A stretch of 64,000 nt of DNA from Octopus vulgaris (Eukaryota), in contig OX597820.1 in NCBI GenBank assembly GCA_951406725.2, forward strand, positions 114,762,001-114,826,000, written 5' to 3'. Numbering within the stretch: position 1 is the first letter of the stretch; every line of letters begins with the position of its first letter. The notes beneath the pieces were generated by a model. That model saw only the letters and a list, made by a program, of their open reading frames with translations. It ran no database searches and was not told the origin of the DNA. The position numbers were made by a program, and so were the translations under genes. Positions 63,721 to 64,000 of the stretch are shown piece by piece.

Positions 63721-64000
63721 GCTCTCTTAATCGTAGAGAAAAGGAGTGAAGCAATAGAGACAGAGAAAGGAAAGCCTCAGTCATTAACAATGACATTAGA
63801 CTGAAATGTGATCAACCTGTTCTAGCTTCTTTACTTTTAACGATGAAGAAGAGGGAAAGACATGAATAGGGGGAGAGTCTTTCAGGTGTTTAGGTTTTTA
63901 TTCTGGGAGTTCTAGAACAATCGAGTGTTTAGTTCTCTCTTCTTTCCTCCAACCCCTGGTATTTATTCGCCTTTTTTCATAATTCTTCATGTCTTTTAGT

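Overview
AT-rich, repeat-dense metazoan DNA; the SINE/RTE/microsatellite content suggests an Octopus-type cephalopod (inference). Two convergent spliced genes can be assembled with consistent GT-AG boundaries and intron phases. (1) + strand: the 3' six exons of a WIPI1/2 (Atg18) PROPPIN autophagy gene (281-24265, FRRG motif), with a possible in-frame alternative donor. (2) - strand: nine 3' exons of an NF-kB p105/Relish-like gene (62921 to 26894: NLS-like region, acidic linker, ankyrin repeats, death domain); the Rel homology domain presumably lies beyond the window end. The NF-kB model looks atypical: about 4 ankyrin repeats, no glycine-rich region, no C-terminal DSGxxS degron, and a caspase-like FESD site in the linker. 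Introns hold a recent CsRn1-clade Gypsy element, an older deleted Gypsy element, a 5'-truncated RTE LINE with a PHD-like finger, Tx1/L1, Tc1/mariner, Tigger and Chapaev3 relics and several tRNA-SINE families. Less usual items: a tRNA-headed element with a Penelope-type minimal hammerhead ribozyme, a U6-SINE chimera, a SINE sharing its tail with a Tx1/L1 LINE, and many long local inverted duplications. All calls were made by eye; no searches were run.
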